Below, in pieces: positions 61,465 through 64,000 of a DNA stretch of 64,000 nt. This DNA comes from Bacillota bacterium (GTDB lineage: Bacteria > Bacillota > Clostridia > Christensenellales > CAG-138). The stretch covers positions 52,545 through 116,544 of the forward strand of contig JAEYCM010000012.1 in the NCBI GenBank assembly GCA_023455425.1, read 5' to 3'. Under the pieces are notes generated by a model that saw only the letters and a program-made list of their open reading frames with translations, was not told the origin of the DNA and did not search any database. The first letter of the stretch is position 1, and every line of letters starts with the position of its first letter. A program made the position numbers and the translations under genes.

Positions 61465-62037
61465 ATGGAGGATGGATATGAGGGGTTGTTCGTTAAAAAA
61501 GCAACATTGGGGAAAGCTTTACTGTTTACTACTATTTTTACGGCATTTTTTGTTCTGATAAATTTTACGGAAGTTGGCGTAGCGGGCCTGCTGAAAATCA
61601 CAAATGGCGCTAGCATTCTTGATTTTAGGTTTGGATATTCAGCAGCCGAAGCCCACGATATGTTAACGACTTTAGGAGAACAAGGGCGGTCTTTTTATCT
61701 TCAAAAGATTATTCCCATTGATTTTCCGTTTCCGCTTGCATCCATGCTATGTTATGCCGGCTGGATCGCACTGGTAAAGCATACTGTGCCACAGAGCAAA
61801 GCCAAAAATTTACTAATTATCCCATTTTTGGAAATGCTCTTTAATTGGATGGAAAATTTTGGGATCATTTTTATGTTAACCGGATATCCCGATATACCCG
61901 TACAGGCGGTTACCATGGCCAGTATATCGGGTGTTTTAAAAGCCTTGTTCACGCTGGGCAGCCTATTTGCGATCCTTGTTTTGTTGACGGGCTATCTGCT
62001 AAAAACAAGGCAAAGAGCGCAAGAAGAACAAATCTGA
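61465..62037 (+). CDS. Integral membrane protein, function unknown
   Basis: 190-aa ORF with ~5 TM helices downstream of the TetR gene; start uncertain. Confidence 0.65.
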   Translation: MEDGYEGLFVKKATLGKALLFTTIFTAFFVLINFTEVGVAGLLKITNGASILDFRFGYSAAEAHDMLTTLGEQGRSFYLQKIIPIDFPFPLASMLCYAGWIALVKHTVPQSKAKNLLIIPFLEMLFNWMENFGIIFMLTGYPDIPVQAVTMASISGVLKALFTLGSLFAILVLLTGYLLKTRQRAQEEQI

Positions 62038-62135
62038 CATCGAACAGGATACCTTAGATGCATCCAAAACCCATATGACTATTCAAATCATAGTCAAATA
62101 GAACCGTTGATTAATTATATAAAGAGGATAAAGCA

Positions 62136-62606
62136 ATGGGGCATCCGGGCTTTTCATACGTGGGGCTGATTTTCTTGCTGATGTTGATAATTCCTAATCT
62201 ACTATGGATAAGACATCGGCCGAAGGATTATGATTTTCAAAATGAAAACAAGATCCTACGGGTCTTTGAGCGTGCCGGTCAGGTTCTTGTTACCTGTACA
62301 GCGCTCATTTTTTCGGACTTTAATCTTAGTCCCTGGTCAGTATGGACGCTGTGGCTTATTGCCGCAGTGGTACTAATGCTCATGTATGAGGGCTGGTGGG
62401 TTAGATATTTCAAAAGCCCAAAGACACTGGCGGACTTTTACAGCAGTTTTTGCGGTATTCCTGTAGCCGGTGCGACACTGCCTGTTGTTGCGTTTTTGCT
62501 GCTTGGCATATATGGGAGAGTAGTCTGGCTTCTGGTTTCTGTAGTGATTTTGGGGATCGGGCATATCGGCATTCACCTACGGCACCGCGAGGAAATTAAC
62601 GAATAA
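62136..62606 (+). CDS. Integral membrane protein, function unknown
   Basis: 156 aa with 4-5 TM helices; AAAGAGGA RBS. Confidence 0.7.
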   Translation: MGHPGFSYVGLIFLLMLIIPNLLWIRHRPKDYDFQNENKILRVFERAGQVLVTCTALIFSDFNLSPWSVWTLWLIAAVVLMLMYEGWWVRYFKSPKTLADFYSSFCGIPVAGATLPVVAFLLLGIYGRVVWLLVSVVILGIGHIGIHLRHREEINE

Positions 62607-62925
62607 ATCCCAATTTGTAATACAACTTAGGCTTCGGATAATCTATATAATCAGAAACAATTTTGAATTTGGAGATAAGGTGAGCACATGAAAAAAGGTA
62701 TTTGACAATATTTCTTTTAGCTGTGAAAGTTATTGTGGTTCTGTGGCCTGGGGTTAACTGAGAGGGTATGCGACCGCGGCGACATCAGCGGCAACCTGCA
62801 AAGACGGTTTCGGGACAACGAAATCGCTTAGAAGCCCTATACAAATAAACCCCTTCGTATAAATCTATCGCTCTTTTTATTGCAATCTTCTTTAGTGCAA
62901 ATATTAATAAAGGGTTGGAGAAACT

Positions 62926-64000
62926 ATGAAAAGGACAATTTGTATTCTGTTGACCGCACTCCTGGGCATATCCCTGTTGGCCGGCTGTGGGGCAAGCAAC
63001 GAAGTTTCTGCGCTTACGCCGTTAGCAGACAGTCCCGCACCTTCTGCCCAAATAAGCGGTACGGCCGAGACCACGACTCCGGCAAAAGCTACTCCCACGG
63101 CGACGCCAAAAGGTACACCCGCCCCGGCGCCGGGCGTGGGTTCCACCGTGTACATGACCACGGATATCACGCCTGAGCGCCTGATGGCCATTTATAAAGC
63201 GCTAAATCGCGAAGCGGCCGGCAATGTGGCGGTCAAGATCAGCACCGGAGAGCCGGGCGGCAAAAACTACCTTGCGCCCGATCTAATCAAGGACCTTGTC
63301 CAGTCGGTAGACGGCACAATCGTGGAATGCAATACGGCTTACGGAGGACGACGCGGGAATAACGCAATGCATATGCAGGCTGCGGAGGATCACGGATATA
63401 CGGCGATCGCGGAAGTCGATATTATGGATGCGGAAGGCTTTATCAGCCTGCCGGTGACAAACGGAAAGCACCTGACGGAGGATCAGGTGGGTTCTCATTT
63501 GGAGAACTACGATTTTGTAATCGTATTGTCTCACTTTAAAGGCCACGCCATGGGCGGCTTCGGCGGTGCGCTCAAGAATATCTCCATCGGTATCGCATCC
63601 TCTGTCGGGAAAAGCCTGATCCACAGCGCCGGGAAATCGACCATCGGCATCAGCGCAAGCACTCCGCAGAATGATTTTCTGGAATCCATGGCGGAAGCGG
63701 CAAAAGCCGTGGCCGACTATGAAGGCGAACATATCCTCTACATCAACGTAATGAATAAGCTTTCCGTGGACTGCGACTGCGCCTCGCACCCTGCCGCCCC
63801 AACGATGGCGGATATCGGTATCTTAGCATCTTTGGACCCTGTGGCCCTGGATCAGGCATGCGTTGACCTTGTATATGCGGCTCCCGACGGACAAGACCTG
63901 ATCAGAAGAATGGAATCAAAGAACGGCGAACATATCCTGGAGCATGCGGCGCAAATCGGCCTGGGCAGCCGTACCTATCAATTGGTAAGCATCGATGGCT
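62926..64000 (+). CDS. DUF362-domain lipoprotein (3' end beyond the window)
   Basis: MKRTICILLTALLGISLLAGC lipobox, T/P/A-rich linker, then a DUF362-like core (...ISTGEPGG...VLSHFKGHAMGGFGGALKNISIG...DCDC...). The frame stays open to the window end; it is absent from the ORF track because no stop is reached. Confidence 0.85.
   Translation, partial: MKRTICILLTALLGISLLAGCGASNEVSALTPLADSPAPSAQISGTAETTTPAKATPTATPKGTPAPAPGVGSTVYMTTDITPERLMAIYKALNREAAGNVAVKISTGEPGGKNYLAPDLIKDLVQSVDGTIVECNTAYGGRRGNNAMHMQAAEDHGYTAIAEVDIMDAEGFISLPVTNGKHLTEDQVGSHLENYDFVIVLSHFKGHAMGGFGGALKNISIGIASSVGKSLIHSAGKSTIGISASTPQNDFLESMAEAAKAVADYEGEHILYINVMNKLSVDCDCASHPAAPTMADIGILASLDPVALDQACVDLVYAAPDGQDLIRRMESKNGEHILEHAAQIGLGSRTYQLVSIDG

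Larger units (their letters stand above)
41858..62925. mobile_element. Low-G+C mosaic genomic island adjoining the rlmD 3' end (boundaries approximate; the right edge is either ~60.8 kb or ~62.9 kb)
   Basis: Abrupt fall in G+C (by eye) right after the rlmD stop. A serine recombinase is the first gene. The cargo is accessory/defence-type genes with at least three distinct compositions. Core-like G+C returns at the DUF362 gene (62926). Confidence 0.65.

Noticed and set aside
62607-62925. Search for a displaced rlmD 3' fragment or att duplicate at the right end (for example ...AVKVIVVLWPGVN* around 62720-62760, and TTGATAAAGTAAA at ~60321 versus TTGATAAATAAAG at ~41850)
   Set aside because: Similarities are about 50% at the DNA level or only ~12 nt long, which is indistinguishable from chance by eye. 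The right boundary is therefore left undefined.

Overview
This 64-kb window comes from a high-G+C chromosome of the endospore-forming Firmicutes/Clostridia type, since bofA, whiA, remA and a yaaL-like gene are all present.

Positions 1 to about 41,860 are ordinary core DNA:
- a repeat-rich surface protein
- proA
- adhE with Rex-like operators
- a purine block: adenine deaminase, plus a guanine-type purine riboswitch controlling a hydantoinase-like amidohydrolase and guanine deaminase
- pcrA-ligA
- the classic string yicC-remA-gmk-rpoZ-coaBC-priA-def-fmt-rsmB-rlmN, fused directly to whiA, a crh-like gene, dnaE, pfkA and rlmD

Directly after the rlmD stop codon the G+C content drops sharply (judged by eye). 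A mosaic accessory island of about 19-21 kb begins there and runs to roughly 60.8 kb, possibly to 62.9 kb. It contains, in order:
- a large serine recombinase
- an AT-rich membrane protein
- a degenerate stretch
- a 1,951-aa multidomain SF1 helicase-nuclease (transglutaminase-like, DUF4011-like, Upf1-like helicase, DUF559-like endonuclease, DUF3320-like) paired with a DUF4236/SAP-domain membrane protein
- a very AT-rich cassette with its own promoter: an unannotated 38-aa Cys/Pro/Arg-rich peptide ORF, a long hairpin, a radical SAM/SPASM enzyme with an RRE-like (RiPP recognition element) N-terminus, and a 1,578-aa STAND-like P-loop NTPase with a nuclease-like N-terminus

This last cassette has no exporter, protease or immunity gene. 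It is my best candidate for a previously undescribed system, possibly a peptide-modifying enzyme coupled to an immune NTPase.

Downstream of it lie tRNA-like tandem pseudo-repeats, a TetR-regulated pair of membrane proteins, and a 3'-truncated DUF362 lipoprotein gene with core-like composition.

I found no rRNA gene, bona fide tRNA gene or CRISPR array. All domain names are recognised by eye from motifs. No database search was run.
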